A stretch of 64,000 nt of DNA from a virus, in IMG/VR virus record IMGVR_UViG_2531839312_000008, positions 1,574-65,573 of that record, one strand, 5' to 3'. The position numbers and the translations under genes were made by a program. The notes under the pieces were generated by a model, which saw nothing but the letters and a program-made list of their open reading frames with translations, searched no databases and was not told the origin of the DNA. Below are positions 44,757-53,213 of the stretch, one piece after another (positions within the stretch are counted from its first letter, which is position 1; each line of letters opens with the position of its first letter).

Positions 44757-45384
44757 AACATGCCCCCACTGTTTAAGAGATAACGCAGTTTTAACAGCAT
44801 TTGGCGAAACTTTGAAAAATGATGGCGTTTTCAGCGTTGGATTTATATGTCGGAGTTGTGCTGAACCGACTGTTGCTAACATTCAGACTAGGAATGGCCA
44901 ATCTCCTCTAAACAACACTCAAAATTATGGAGATATATCTGTTCCTGGTAGTGCAATTCTCAGACTTCAAGAGTATTACCCTAAGCACAATGTACCTGCT
45001 GCTCCTGACAAAACCCCTATACGGGCTGGCAGATTTTTCATCGAAGCCAAAGATAATGTTCAGCGAGGCAACAATGAAACCTCAGTCATGCTTTGTCGCA
45101 AAGTTATAGACATAGCTACACGTGTAATCCTTGGTGAGGAATCAAAAAAAGAGCAGTTATCACAGCGTATCGCAATGTTATTTGGAAAAGGTTTGATAAC
45201 TGAGCAAATGAAAGACTGGGCACATATTGTCCGTATTGACTCAAATGGTGCAGTTCATTCAGACGAAGAGTTTTCCAAGGATGAAGCTGATGAAATGATC
45301 GGTTTCACAGAGGTATTCCTGATTTATTCCTTTACACTGCCAGCGATGGTGGAAGCTAAAAAACTCACCCATAAAGCTGAATAA
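44734..45384 (+). CDS. DUF4145 (HEPN-superfamily) protein with N-terminal Zn ribbon
   Basis: CPHC/CRSC; CRKVID...L.QRI..L; RIDSNGAVH (Rx2-3NxAxH). Confidence 0.85.
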   Translation: MGILTLDITCPHCLRDNAVLTAFGETLKNDGVFSVGFICRSCAEPTVANIQTRNGQSPLNNTQNYGDISVPGSAILRLQEYYPKHNVPAAPDKTPIRAGRFFIEAKDNVQRGNNETSVMLCRKVIDIATRVILGEESKKEQLSQRIAMLFGKGLITEQMKDWAHIVRIDSNGAVHSDEEFSKDEADEMIGFTEVFLIYSFTLPAMVEAKKLTHKAE

Positions 45385-45591
45385 TTAATGTCAAATCTTC
45401 ACTGAATACATGATCCAGATCGGATGTTATATCTAGAAGTAGTAAAACGATCTGGATCAATTTTCTCAAACTTTTGACCCAACTTAAAAAAATCAACTAA
45501 ATCATTGTATTAAAAGTCTTTATTAATTAAACCTTCAGCCAGCTGGCAAGAGTCTTCAACCGTATGTAGTGGGACTCAGCAATTAAATCTA

Positions 45592-46020
45592 CTAAATATC
45601 CCTCTTAAGGTAGCGACGGTCTGATGAAGATGACTGGGGACTTTCTTTACAGATTTTCGCAGCTATCGCCTGATCAGTCCGCATAAAGTGACCATTTTTG
45701 AAAAGCTGATAAACGGTACCCAGTGATCCAAAACGGTTTTTGGTAACGATGATTTCAGCGTATGGCGCCGCAGGACTTTCAGGCTCATACACGCCTTCGC
45801 GATAAAGCATGTAAATTCCGTCAGCGTCCTGCTCGATACTTCCACCATCGCGCAGATCGGAGTTAACCGGCCAGTGTTTATCTAATCGCGACTTTGGCAC
45901 TGTAAGACTAATTCCCATATCACCAGCTTTCTTGATCAAAGCATTAAGCGGCTTGTTTAGCGCTCTGGCTATCACAGGTGCCGGAACCTTGCCGCCTAGG
46001 CGAGTCTCATTTTGCATCAC
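45592..46020 (-). pseudogene. Chimeric ORF ending in the C-terminal fragment of a second DnaB-like helicase
   Basis: DLRDGGSIEQDAD.I.MLYRE.VY...AEIIVTKNRFG from ~45890 onward; unrelated N-terminus. Confidence 0.75.
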
Positions 46021-47396
46021 TCACCTCCTCGCCATGAATTACTGTCACTACGATTGTTGGTGTTTTCTGCGTAACGCTTGGCAGCTTCGGCCTGCTCGAT
46101 ATTGACGAAGTGTCCCCTGCTCCAGCCCATGTAAAAGGTTTTTGGCTGTCCAGAGCGATACTTTCCAATGATGATTTCAGCGATCCCCTTCATATCACTG
46201 TTTTCGTTATAAACCTCATCGCGGTAAGGAAAAATTATTACGTCCGCATCCTGCTCAATAGCCCCTGACTCTCTTAGATCCCCCATCGTAGGGCGCTTTT
46301 CAGAGCGGGACTCGACACCGCGATTAAGCTGAGAAAGTAGAATCACAGGGACTTTATTCCTCAAACAGAACTGTTTAAGTTTTCGTGTGATTTCTGCAAT
46401 GGCCAAATCAGAACGCTCAGCCTTTGGCTTGGGGATAAGTTGCAGGTAGTCGATAGCTAGGAAACTAAGCCCATCGTCATCCATGTTCATGCGTTCAGCA
46501 TGTGCAATGATTTCTTCAACCGTGAATGATCCATCGATTACGTAATTATTTTCATCCAACAGGGTTCCAGTTGCCGTCGTCAAGCGCGTGTAATGCTCCT
46601 GGCTCATATCCAATGGGTTGCGTAGCGTTCTAATTGAAAGCCCTGCACGGTCAGCAACGTGACGTTCCACCACTTGCATATCTGACATTTCCATAGAAAT
46701 AATCAGACCTTTTCCACGCTGCCGACCTATAGAATTGGCAATATTTATAGTCAACTCTGTCTTACCCATGCCTGGTCTGCCAGCAATGATTATCAGGTCT
46801 GTCCTATCAAATCCTCCGTACTCTTCGTCCACTGGGAGTATCCCAGTTTTTAGATACAAACCTGACTCTGAACCCTGCATGCGCTTTTCAAGTACCTGCA
46901 TGTAGTCATCAAGCATGTCCCCTATACGGCGCGGAAGTTTGTCGTTGGTTTCAAACTGAAGCTTAGAGAGCATGCCGGTGACTTGCGCTAGGCGTTCATT
47001 AAGGTCGTGGCTTGACGACCCTCTCAGTAATTCTACCGCCCGTAGCAGGCTCTCTTCTCCCTGGCGAAGCATCCAGCACTGGCGCACTTTCTTTGCCCAT
47101 GCCTTGATGTTCGCAGCGGAGACACAGCGAGCTGAAATATCCAGAACGAAGTTTTTCGTCTCCGGCTCAACGCCATCCTGAACAGTGAATATATCTACTG
47201 GCTCAGCCTTGATGAGCAAGGCGCGGATCACCTTGTACATGCTACGCAGATGGAAATTTAGAAAGGCTTCATCAGGAAGCTTACCGATGATGTCGCGGCA
47301 GTCGATATGGTCTCCCTTAAGCATCATGGAGCCGATCAGTTGCTCCTCAAAATCATAACTTTCCATGCTAATCCTCCTGGCTAATGATTGGGTCAA
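46017..47396 (-). CDS. dnaB: Replicative DnaB-like helicase
   Basis: AGRPGMGKT Walker A, ISMEM, AIDYLQL, LSQLNR, DLRESGAIEQDAD. Confidence 0.95.
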   Translation of the reverse strand: MTQSLARRISMESYDFEEQLIGSMMLKGDHIDCRDIIGKLPDEAFLNFHLRSMYKVIRALLIKAEPVDIFTVQDGVEPETKNFVLDISARCVSAANIKAWAKKVRQCWMLRQGEESLLRAVELLRGSSSHDLNERLAQVTGMLSKLQFETNDKLPRRIGDMLDDYMQVLEKRMQGSESGLYLKTGILPVDEEYGGFDRTDLIIIAGRPGMGKTELTINIANSIGRQRGKGLIISMEMSDMQVVERHVADRAGLSIRTLRNPLDMSQEHYTRLTTATGTLLDENNYVIDGSFTVEEIIAHAERMNMDDDGLSFLAIDYLQLIPKPKAERSDLAIAEITRKLKQFCLRNKVPVILLSQLNRGVESRSEKRPTMGDLRESGAIEQDADVIIFPYRDEVYNENSDMKGIAEIIIGKYRSGQPKTFYMGWSRGHFVNIEQAEAAKRYAENTNNRSDSNSWRGGE

Positions 47397-48300
47397 TGAT
47401 GCGTTGGGTCAGTGCCGTGCTGATCCCGTATTTTTTTCCAGCTGGGTTATCTCCCAACGCGTAGGGGGAAGGCGTATATCCAAATTCGATATAGCCGTTG
47501 ATGAACGTATCGATGTCTACGGGATTCCGCTTAGTTTGCTTGCAGTGCCGTAAGTGTGATTCATACAGGCGCTTAATGCCTTTCTCGGTGGAAATGCTGA
47601 TACTGGTGATGCGTGGAAGTCCATGCTTCTTAGCTTTGCAGTTCCAAGTATCTTGGAAGCGCTCACGGTCGAATGTGAATTTGGATGCTGCCTGTTTTTT
47701 GGGTTTAGTTTCTTCCTGCTCGACAAAACCCCCCTCTGGGGATTTAGGGGGATCTTTTAATTCTTGTTTAAATACATTCTTGTTCTGTTTGACCTGATTA
47801 GTTACCAGCTTTGTTACCTGACCTGCCTCGGAAGCCGCGCTACCACTGGGTTTGTTTGTTACCTCGTTAGTTACTTTGTTTGTTACCTCAAAATCAGCCT
47901 GATAATCGGCATAATTTAGGATGGTAATCAGCGTTCCATGGCGGCTTCCTGAGTAGCTAATCATCTTCTCTTTTACGAAAAAATCCAGCATGCCACGAAC
48001 CTGTTTTGCCGTCTTCTCTTCCCCTTTTGAGTCGAGCAACTTACGGCACATGATGCTAATTTTGGTTACCATCTGCCCGCGAGATAAATCCCATTTCACT
48101 CCGTCAAAGATAATACTACGCGGCTTGTGAGTGGCACCGCCAATCAGGTGAACCCATAGGGCTAACTTCGCGTAATCTCTTGCCCAATCCGTGGTAAGAG
48201 CACTCCTGAATAGAGCGAAATGCCCTAACTTCTGGTTCTCCATCCGTGAACTCCTGAGAGCGGCTTGCTCTCCGAAATCTGCATAGGCTACGTTACTCAT
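47368..48300 (-). CDS. Replication initiator (O-like)
   Basis: Start MSNVAYADF; N-terminal wHTH with L.RGQ; internal iteron-coded VTN repeats. Confidence 0.85.
   Translation of the reverse strand: MSNVAYADFGEQAALRSSRMENQKLGHFALFRSALTTDWARDYAKLALWVHLIGGATHKPRSIIFDGVKWDLSRGQMVTKISIMCRKLLDSKGEEKTAKQVRGMLDFFVKEKMISYSGSRHGTLITILNYADYQADFEVTNKVTNEVTNKPSGSAASEAGQVTKLVTNQVKQNKNVFKQELKDPPKSPEGGFVEQEETKPKKQAASKFTFDRERFQDTWNCKAKKHGLPRITSISISTEKGIKRLYESHLRHCKQTKRNPVDIDTFINGYIEFGYTPSPYALGDNPAGKKYGISTALTQRIIDPIISQED
47797..47890. repeat. Replication-origin iterons inside the initiator gene
   Basis: Five T(T/A)GTTAC units with 12-bp periodicity beside an AT-rich stretch. Confidence 0.7.
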
Positions 48301-48454
48301 CTGGTCGCCCCTTAGGCTTGAAACTGCGGAATATCTCCGCAAATCGTTTGCCGGCAGCGGGGTTGTCCATGCATGTCATAACGAATTCATCTGGAAGCGC
48401 AGCCCTCTGCTGTGTTCTTTCATTGGGCTGGCGTGTTTTTCTTTTTTGATGCAT
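48293..48454 (-). CDS. 53-aa hypothetical protein before the initiator
   Basis: AGGAG RBS; MHQKRKTRQPNERTQQRAALPDEF...; stop overlaps the initiator start. Confidence 0.6.
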   Translation of the reverse strand: MHQKRKTRQPNERTQQRAALPDEFVMTCMDNPAAGKRFAEIFRSFKPKGRPDE

Positions 48455-48539
48455 AATTACTCCTGTGTATTTGCTCAGTTAAAGCAGCATTATGGTTTGT
48501 TCTTAAGCCCCATCTGTTCCCGCGGTTGGGGCTTTTCTT

Positions 48540-48734
48540 TTAAAACAGCGAAAGTGTGCCGACCGTTTTTCTGGCTCGGGTTTTCTTCGCTGGCTTCTCG
48601 TCTTTCGTGGCGTTAGTTTCTGCCCACACTCTTGCTCGATATAAGCAGTCATCAAACATCGCTCCCTTCTTGCTTGAGTTTTCTGCTCTTTTGCATATAT
48701 AATTACCCTTGTGATTAGCCTGTACTGATTGCAT
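48540..48734 (-). CDS. Hypothetical protein
   Basis: ORF between cII and the initiator; weak RBS. Confidence 0.45.
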   Translation of the reverse strand: MQSVQANHKGNYICKRAENSSKKGAMFDDCLYRARVWAETNATKDEKPAKKTRARKTVGTLSLF

Positions 48735-48754
48735 TCAATACGCTGTAATGATTT

Positions 48755-48830
48755 GAAAAACCAAGGTCTCCTCAGAAACCCATGGTGATTTGTGAAGCCT
48801 CTACCGTTCCAGCGGTCGGGGCTTTTTTAT
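48755..48830 (+). ncRNA. oop: oop-like antisense RNA over the cII 3' end
   Basis: Plus-strand terminator aagcctctaccg-ttcc-agcggtcggggctt-T6 inside the cII end; weak promoter ~75 nt upstream; related hairpin at 48504-48541. Confidence 0.5.
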
Positions 48831-49071
48831 TGCCTACCGCCTTAAACGCTTCCTGAATTACCCTACCAAGCGGACTAACCTCTGCCGCCATTCGAGCGAT
48901 ACAGAACACTGTGGCGATATCCCGCCAGTTCATTCGGCTTACCTTCGATTCATGCCAGCCTGCTAAATCTGCGAACTTACGCCCAGTTACCTGAGAGATG
49001 GTGAGAAGGAGATCGGTTTCTGCACGATCAATTTCTCGCTGAGTCGGCTTGCTGTAGTTTGCGTGTTCCAT
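48772..49071 (-). CDS. cII: CII-like activator
   Basis: After cro; HTH FADLAGWHESKVSR; unstructured C-terminal tag. Confidence 0.85.
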   Translation of the reverse strand: MEHANYSKPTQREIDRAETDLLLTISQVTGRKFADLAGWHESKVSRMNWRDIATVFCIARMAAEVSPLGRVIQEAFKAVGNKKAPTAGTVEASQITMGF

Positions 49072-49152
49072 GCGTAATACTTCCGTTGTTGGTTAGTTGT
49101 GTGTTTGCGTGATCAGCCCGTGGGGATGACCACAGTGGATTTATTCTTCGGG

Positions 49153-49181
49153 TGCACTTTTCAGTGCTCGATTGGTGAGCG
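49153..49181 (-). promoter_or_regulatory. nutR-like site
   Basis: CGCTCACC (boxA-like)-AATCGA-GCACTGAAAAGTGC (boxB hairpin); 21/22 identity with 52659-52680. Confidence 0.7.
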
Positions 49182-49188
49182 GGGGTGC

Positions 49189-49422
49189 TTAGGCTGCTGT
49201 TGCGCGTACCTTCGCGAAAACTAGGTTTTCTTTGGTTACCGGATCGATAGCGGAAAATTCTTTAGTTGCAGCTTCAATCTGCTTTGCCTTTCCCGGTGAG
49301 GCGCGACGAAATCCATATGCGATTTGGTCGAGGTAACCAACTGAGGTATTTGCGAGGATGGCGAGCTTTAACCATTCATCAGAGCTAGCTTCCTTTCTCC
49401 ATCGGAGCAAATCGTTGTTCAT
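49189..49422 (-). CDS. cro: Cro-like repressor
   Basis: Small HTH divergent from cI (LA..ANTS.GYL.QIAYG.RRAS). Confidence 0.85.
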   Translation of the reverse strand: MNNDLLRWRKEASSDEWLKLAILANTSVGYLDQIAYGFRRASPGKAKQIEAATKEFSAIDPVTKENLVFAKVRATAA

Positions 49423-49454
49423 GGTCTTGTCCTCTTGGTTATTTCAAAGGCAAG

Positions 49455-49520
49455 TTTATCTTTATGATAAATTTACTGCAACCGATATTTATCAATTTGC
49501 ATATTTATCGCATTGCTAAA
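49455..49520. promoter_or_regulatory. OR operators (three TTTATC-N5-GATAAA-like sites)
   Basis: Sites at 49455-49471 (perfect), 49488-49504 and 49504-49520. Confidence 0.75.
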
Positions 49521-49538
49521 TAGTGTAAAAATTGGCAA

Positions 49539-50225
49539 ATGGAAACTAAAGACATCAGGCGAGCGAATCTTGCAGCCTTATTAAAAGATCACCTCGACAA
49601 ACACTCAGAATCCACTAGGGCTGAGTTTGCTGTTTTATGCGGTTTGCTTCCGGCTCAGTTAAGCCAGTTGACCGGGGAGAAATCTTTTAGAAATATTGGC
49701 GGGAATCTAGCGAGAAAGATTGAAGCTTCACTTAAACTTCCTAACGGATGGCTTGATACGCTTCAAAGCGGAACCTCAGAAAATACATCTAATGTTTCTT
49801 ACGTTGGAGTAAAGGAAAGTAAAGGGCAGTACCCACTCATTAGCTGGGTAAGCGCTGGTTGCTGGCTGGAGGCGGTAGAGCCTTACCGGAAGGATGAGAT
49901 TGATATATGGCCTGAAACTACCGTTGACGCTAGCGAAAACTCGTTCTGGTTGCGCGTTAAAGGGGACTCTATGACCGCACCTGCTGGCTTCACGGTGCCA
50001 GAAGGGATGATTATCCTTGTTGACCCTGATCGGGAGGCAATCAGTGGAAAATTGGTTGTTGCTAAGCTTGAGAGCGATAACGAAGCCACATTTAAGCAGT
50101 ACATGGTTGATGCGGGTAGAAAGTATTTAAAAGCCCTTAACCCACACCACCCGCCTACTATTATCAACGGTAATTGCAAAATCATTGGCGTAGTTGTCGA
50201 TATCAAGTGGGAGCAGATCCCTTAA
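49539..50225 (+). CDS. cI: CI-like repressor with S24 autoprotease domain
   Basis: N-terminal HTH; VSAG cleavage site; FWL.V.GDSM; EATFK. Confidence 0.95.
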   Translation: METKDIRRANLAALLKDHLDKHSESTRAEFAVLCGLLPAQLSQLTGEKSFRNIGGNLARKIEASLKLPNGWLDTLQSGTSENTSNVSYVGVKESKGQYPLISWVSAGCWLEAVEPYRKDEIDIWPETTVDASENSFWLRVKGDSMTAPAGFTVPEGMIILVDPDREAISGKLVVAKLESDNEATFKQYMVDAGRKYLKALNPHHPPTIINGNCKIIGVVVDIKWEQIP

Positions 50226-50274
50226 GGCTCAGTGGCCTGAAGAGACGTTCCTCTAACAGAAGGATTTGCACAAA

Positions 50275-50373
50275 ATGAAATTTAGATTCCTACCTCCAGT
50301 CATCGTACTTCTTGGTGCGGCAGGCTTCATGATCTGGTTCTTTGCGAGTGGTGGGGCTGCTCACGGTGGGTGA
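50275..50373 (+). CDS. 32-aa membrane peptide, E. coli YoaK-like
   Basis: MKFRFLPPVIVLLGAAGFMIWFFASGGAAHGG; AAGGA RBS; similar to E. coli YoaK as I recall it. Confidence 0.6.
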   Translation: MKFRFLPPVIVLLGAAGFMIWFFASGGAAHGG

Positions 50374-50396
50374 TAACTAATCCTAGATAAGGTTAT

Positions 50397-50486
50397 ATGA
50401 CTATGAAAAGAACTTTGATAATTGGCTATATGTCGTTTATTTCAATGGCTTTAATTGTTGCCCTTATCGAGGGTGCTAGGTCATAA
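50397..50486 (+). CDS. 27-29-aa membrane peptide, E. coli YoaJ-like
   Basis: (MT)MKRTLIIGYMSFISMALIVALIEGARS; TAAGG RBS; follows the YoaK-like gene. Confidence 0.5.
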   Translation: MTMKRTLIIGYMSFISMALIVALIEGARS

Positions 50487-50596
50487 GTTTCAAAATAAAC
50501 AGTAGCAATCAAGAGTGGAGAGGCTCTGGTTGATAGGAGCTGTGTCACAGGGATGTGGTTTGAGGAGACGTTTGATTAGTACATTAAGGAGAAGGT

Positions 50597-50938
50597 ATGG
50601 CATTTAACGACTTAGAATTTCACGCGATTAAAAAAGAAGTGGAAGTGTTCGTTGAAAGCATTCGGCCTCCTGTACACATCAGGGATGGACTGGATATCGT
50701 CTTCACTATTGATGACCAGTCAATCGAAATAGGTGAAAAACGCCCTGTCTGGAGAGGCGAGCCGGGCGAGTTTTCTGTTCTCGCATCGGTAAAAATAACC
50801 TACGTTCGCACGGGGAGTGAATGGAAACTCTACTGGATGCGTGCGAGTGAGAGGTGGGAGCTTTATCAGACAGTCGATACGCTTACCGAAGCGCTTGAGA
50901 TAGTCCGCGCTGATACTCATTGCTGCTTCTTTGGGTGA
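50597..50938 (+). CDS. DUF3024-like protein
   Basis: RPP.H.RD.LD; E.RP.W; K..Y.RT...WK.YW.RA..RW..Y; D...CFFG. Confidence 0.8.
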   Translation: MAFNDLEFHAIKKEVEVFVESIRPPVHIRDGLDIVFTIDDQSIEIGEKRPVWRGEPGEFSVLASVKITYVRTGSEWKLYWMRASERWELYQTVDTLTEALEIVRADTHCCFFG

Positions 50939-50998
50939 GGCCTGAAGAGACGTTTGGGTGATTTTACAGTATTAATATATTTCTGTTAAGGGATTAAA

Positions 50999-51265
50999 AT
51001 GACTACTTTTGCTATTTCAACATCAGATAAAAATGACAAATTAAACAGTAAGTTAATATCTCTTTATGGTACACAGAACTTTCTTTTAGTTGACGATTTT
51101 TTGCGTATTGTCATTTCAGATAAAGATGTAACATCCGAAGATGTTTTTAAAAAGCTTAATCATCAAGGTGATGTTGATGGGAAACTTGTTATATTCGCAG
51201 TGAACTCCTACTTCGGATTTCATAACAAAACTACCTGGGAGTGGCTTAAGGCTCGGGGGGTATAA
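50999..51265 (+). CDS. Small alpha/beta protein (Cas2/VapD-like size and pattern)
   Basis: AAGGGA RBS; ends LVIF.V.SY.GF....TWEWLK; coupled to the next gene. Confidence 0.7.
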   Translation: MTTFAISTSDKNDKLNSKLISLYGTQNFLLVDDFLRIVISDKDVTSEDVFKKLNHQGDVDGKLVIFAVNSYFGFHNKTTWEWLKARGV

Positions 51266-51267
51266 AG

Positions 51268-51687
51268 ATGCGTGGCAATGATAGAGATGCTATAGTTACC
51301 CCAACAAGTGATAGTGCATCAACTGGGGGTGGTTCTACAGAACACGCCCTTCAGCAATGGATTATTCAGACTATCAATAGCCTCAAGGATGATTTTGCGA
51401 CATCTAATGCGAGGAGTGAAACTATGCATGGCAATATTACTGATCACACTATTTCGCTTGGTCGCATGGCTTCGTCTCTTGAGAGGATAGAAGAACTTCT
51501 TAAAAACCAGACAGCTAAAGTTGAAAAGCTAGATATATCTGTCAAAGATGTTGATGCTACTATTAAAAAATATAAATATATTATTTTAGGGTTCACAATT
51601 GCTCTTAGTGTTGTAGGGACCATAATTACTTACTTTTTTGGATCCACCTTGTCTACGATAGCTCATGCTGTGATGGCCCTGCATTGA
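51268..51687 (+). CDS. Coiled-coil protein with C-terminal TM helix
   Basis: Heptad region then KKYKY-IILGFTIALSVVGTIITYFF. Confidence 0.75.
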   Translation: MRGNDRDAIVTPTSDSASTGGGSTEHALQQWIIQTINSLKDDFATSNARSETMHGNITDHTISLGRMASSLERIEELLKNQTAKVEKLDISVKDVDATIKKYKYIILGFTIALSVVGTIITYFFGSTLSTIAHAVMALH

Positions 51688-52194
51688 ATTAACAATAAAC
51701 ACAGTTTCTTAGCCATTTTTTTTCTCTTACCTATTGAATGCCTATAACAACACTAGTCCGTACTATGCTGTTCGCCGGGACCTTACCCGGCTTTTTTGTG
51801 GACGCACCTTACCTCAAGTTTTGTATGCACAGCAATTACCCAAAACGATCCAATACCCTGATAAATACACAGTGTGAATTTTTTGTAAAATGTAATATTA
51901 TGCTGTTATCAAAGGCTTCCAATCGAAGTCTACCATTGAATACTTATAATAAAACTGTGTGTAGCATTCCTTTTGACGCCGGGTTCACCGGCTTTTTTTT
52001 TGCCCAAACTTTGACCATAAGCAAAATTATTGTTAATCTGCTAAAGCAAGACCAGTGATGTGGTTGAGCATTATCCCTCCAATTGGTTTCTTATTTTCTG
52101 ATACCTTATAATCCGATACTTCCGGCCATTGCGCCGGTTTTTTTTGCCCTTCATACCCCCTTCCTCACATGCTCAGCTGCATCCTGCAAAACGC

Positions 52195-52404
52195 CTACTC
52201 CTCCAAAATCCGTACTGCCAACTCCATACACTGAAGCTGCTCCTCATCCCACTTCTCTATGCCCTTTGCTAACTCAGTCCTGAGCACGTCGGCTATCGCC
52301 ACCCTCTTCGTCTCATAACGTTCCGAAGTTAGTACAAAGACAGCATCCCCCACTATCCGACACATTTCTTGGTATCGGCGCTCTGCCTCTGCTTCGTAGT
52401 CCAT
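52195..52404 (-). CDS. DUF2767-like small protein
   Basis: Y.EMCR.VGD.VF.L.....ETKR..IA..L pattern. Confidence 0.65.
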   Translation of the reverse strand: MDYEAEAERRYQEMCRIVGDAVFVLTSERYETKRVAIADVLRTELAKGIEKWDEEQLQCMELAVRILEE

Positions 52405-52513
52405 AGCCAACCCTCAAGATAGATTGAATTTCATACAACATTACCTCCATGCACCTGCTTTTGGCTAGGTGCGATGAGTCACGTCTGAAGGAGAGTGAAA
52501 ATAAATTATCAAT

Positions 52514-52588
52514 TTAATCAAAATGATAATCTACCACCTTAGCAAATTTATCATTTTGCTATTGCCAATAATTTATCATTTAGATAAA
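52514..52588. promoter_or_regulatory. OL operators / pL
   Basis: TTTATC-attta-GATAAA at 52572-52588 plus degenerate sites at 52547 and 52514, matching the OR consensus. Confidence 0.75.
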
Positions 52589-52658
52589 GTCACTCCATCG
52601 AAACGAAACATCGATGCGGAGCAAGAGGCGCCGTGAAGTACTCACCAGGATGGTGAAT

Positions 52659-52680
52659 CAATCGAGCGCTGAAAAGTGCA
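52659..52680 (+). promoter_or_regulatory. nutL-like site
   Basis: CAATCGAGCGCTGAAAAGTGCA, near-identical to nutR. Confidence 0.7.
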
Positions 52681-52838
52681 AACAACCAAGCGAGATAGTT
52701 TTGGGGTGTGGTGAAGAGTTCATGGACGGGAATATGTCGCACGTAGAGCGGCGAGGCCAGCTCAATTCACTTAATGATGGTAAGCGGGTCACATTGGGAA
52801 TCTCACCTACCACACCACCCAAACCATTTCAGGAGGTC

Positions 52839-53201
52839 ATGATGATTAAGCTTCACAACATCAAAGCTAACGCTCGTAGCCGTCGTGACGAGCAGCGCAA
52901 AGCGAAGCAGCGGGTATGGGCCACCGCCAATCCATTACTCGTTGGCAGGACGTATCAGGTAGCACCTCAGCGCCTATCGCTCATCAAGCGTGCTGGTTAC
53001 TCACCGGCACCACTGAAATTTCTCGCCGCCAGCGCTAAAAAGCGGGTGAAGGAATACAAGATGCAAATAATCAGAGCTTCGTACCTGTTCGAATATGAAT
53101 TTAAACGCAAGCCTCTGACTGAGGGCTCTATCTGCTTGCCAGATGTTGCACGATTCGCAGCCGGGCATCGTAAACCAGTTGAAACAGTAACAGCGAGGTA
53201 A
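52839..53201 (+). CDS. N: Early antiterminator N (P22-type)
   Basis: AGGAGG RBS; Arg-rich motif NARSRRDEQRK; C-terminus GS..LP.VA..AAGHRK....TAR as in P22 N. Confidence 0.9.
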   Translation: MMIKLHNIKANARSRRDEQRKAKQRVWATANPLLVGRTYQVAPQRLSLIKRAGYSPAPLKFLAASAKKRVKEYKMQIIRASYLFEYEFKRKPLTEGSICLPDVARFAAGHRKPVETVTAR

Positions 53202-53213
53202 TCAAGAGATTCC

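Larger units (their letters stand above)
50230..50961 (+). repeat. Three copies of a lambda-cI-3'-end-like sequence (GTGGCCTGAAGAGACGTTTGGGTGA, 'WPEETFG*')
   Basis: Copies at 50230-50249, 50555-50574 (3 mismatches) and 50939-50961. Confidence 0.75.

Noticed and set aside
51738-52283. ORFs 51738..52058 and 52083..52283
   Set aside because: No RBS, run through several terminators, and have atypical composition
52614-52838. N-terminal 75 aa of the 195-aa ORF
   Set aside because: Overlaps pL leader and nutL; the AGGAGG RBS and N homology start at 52839
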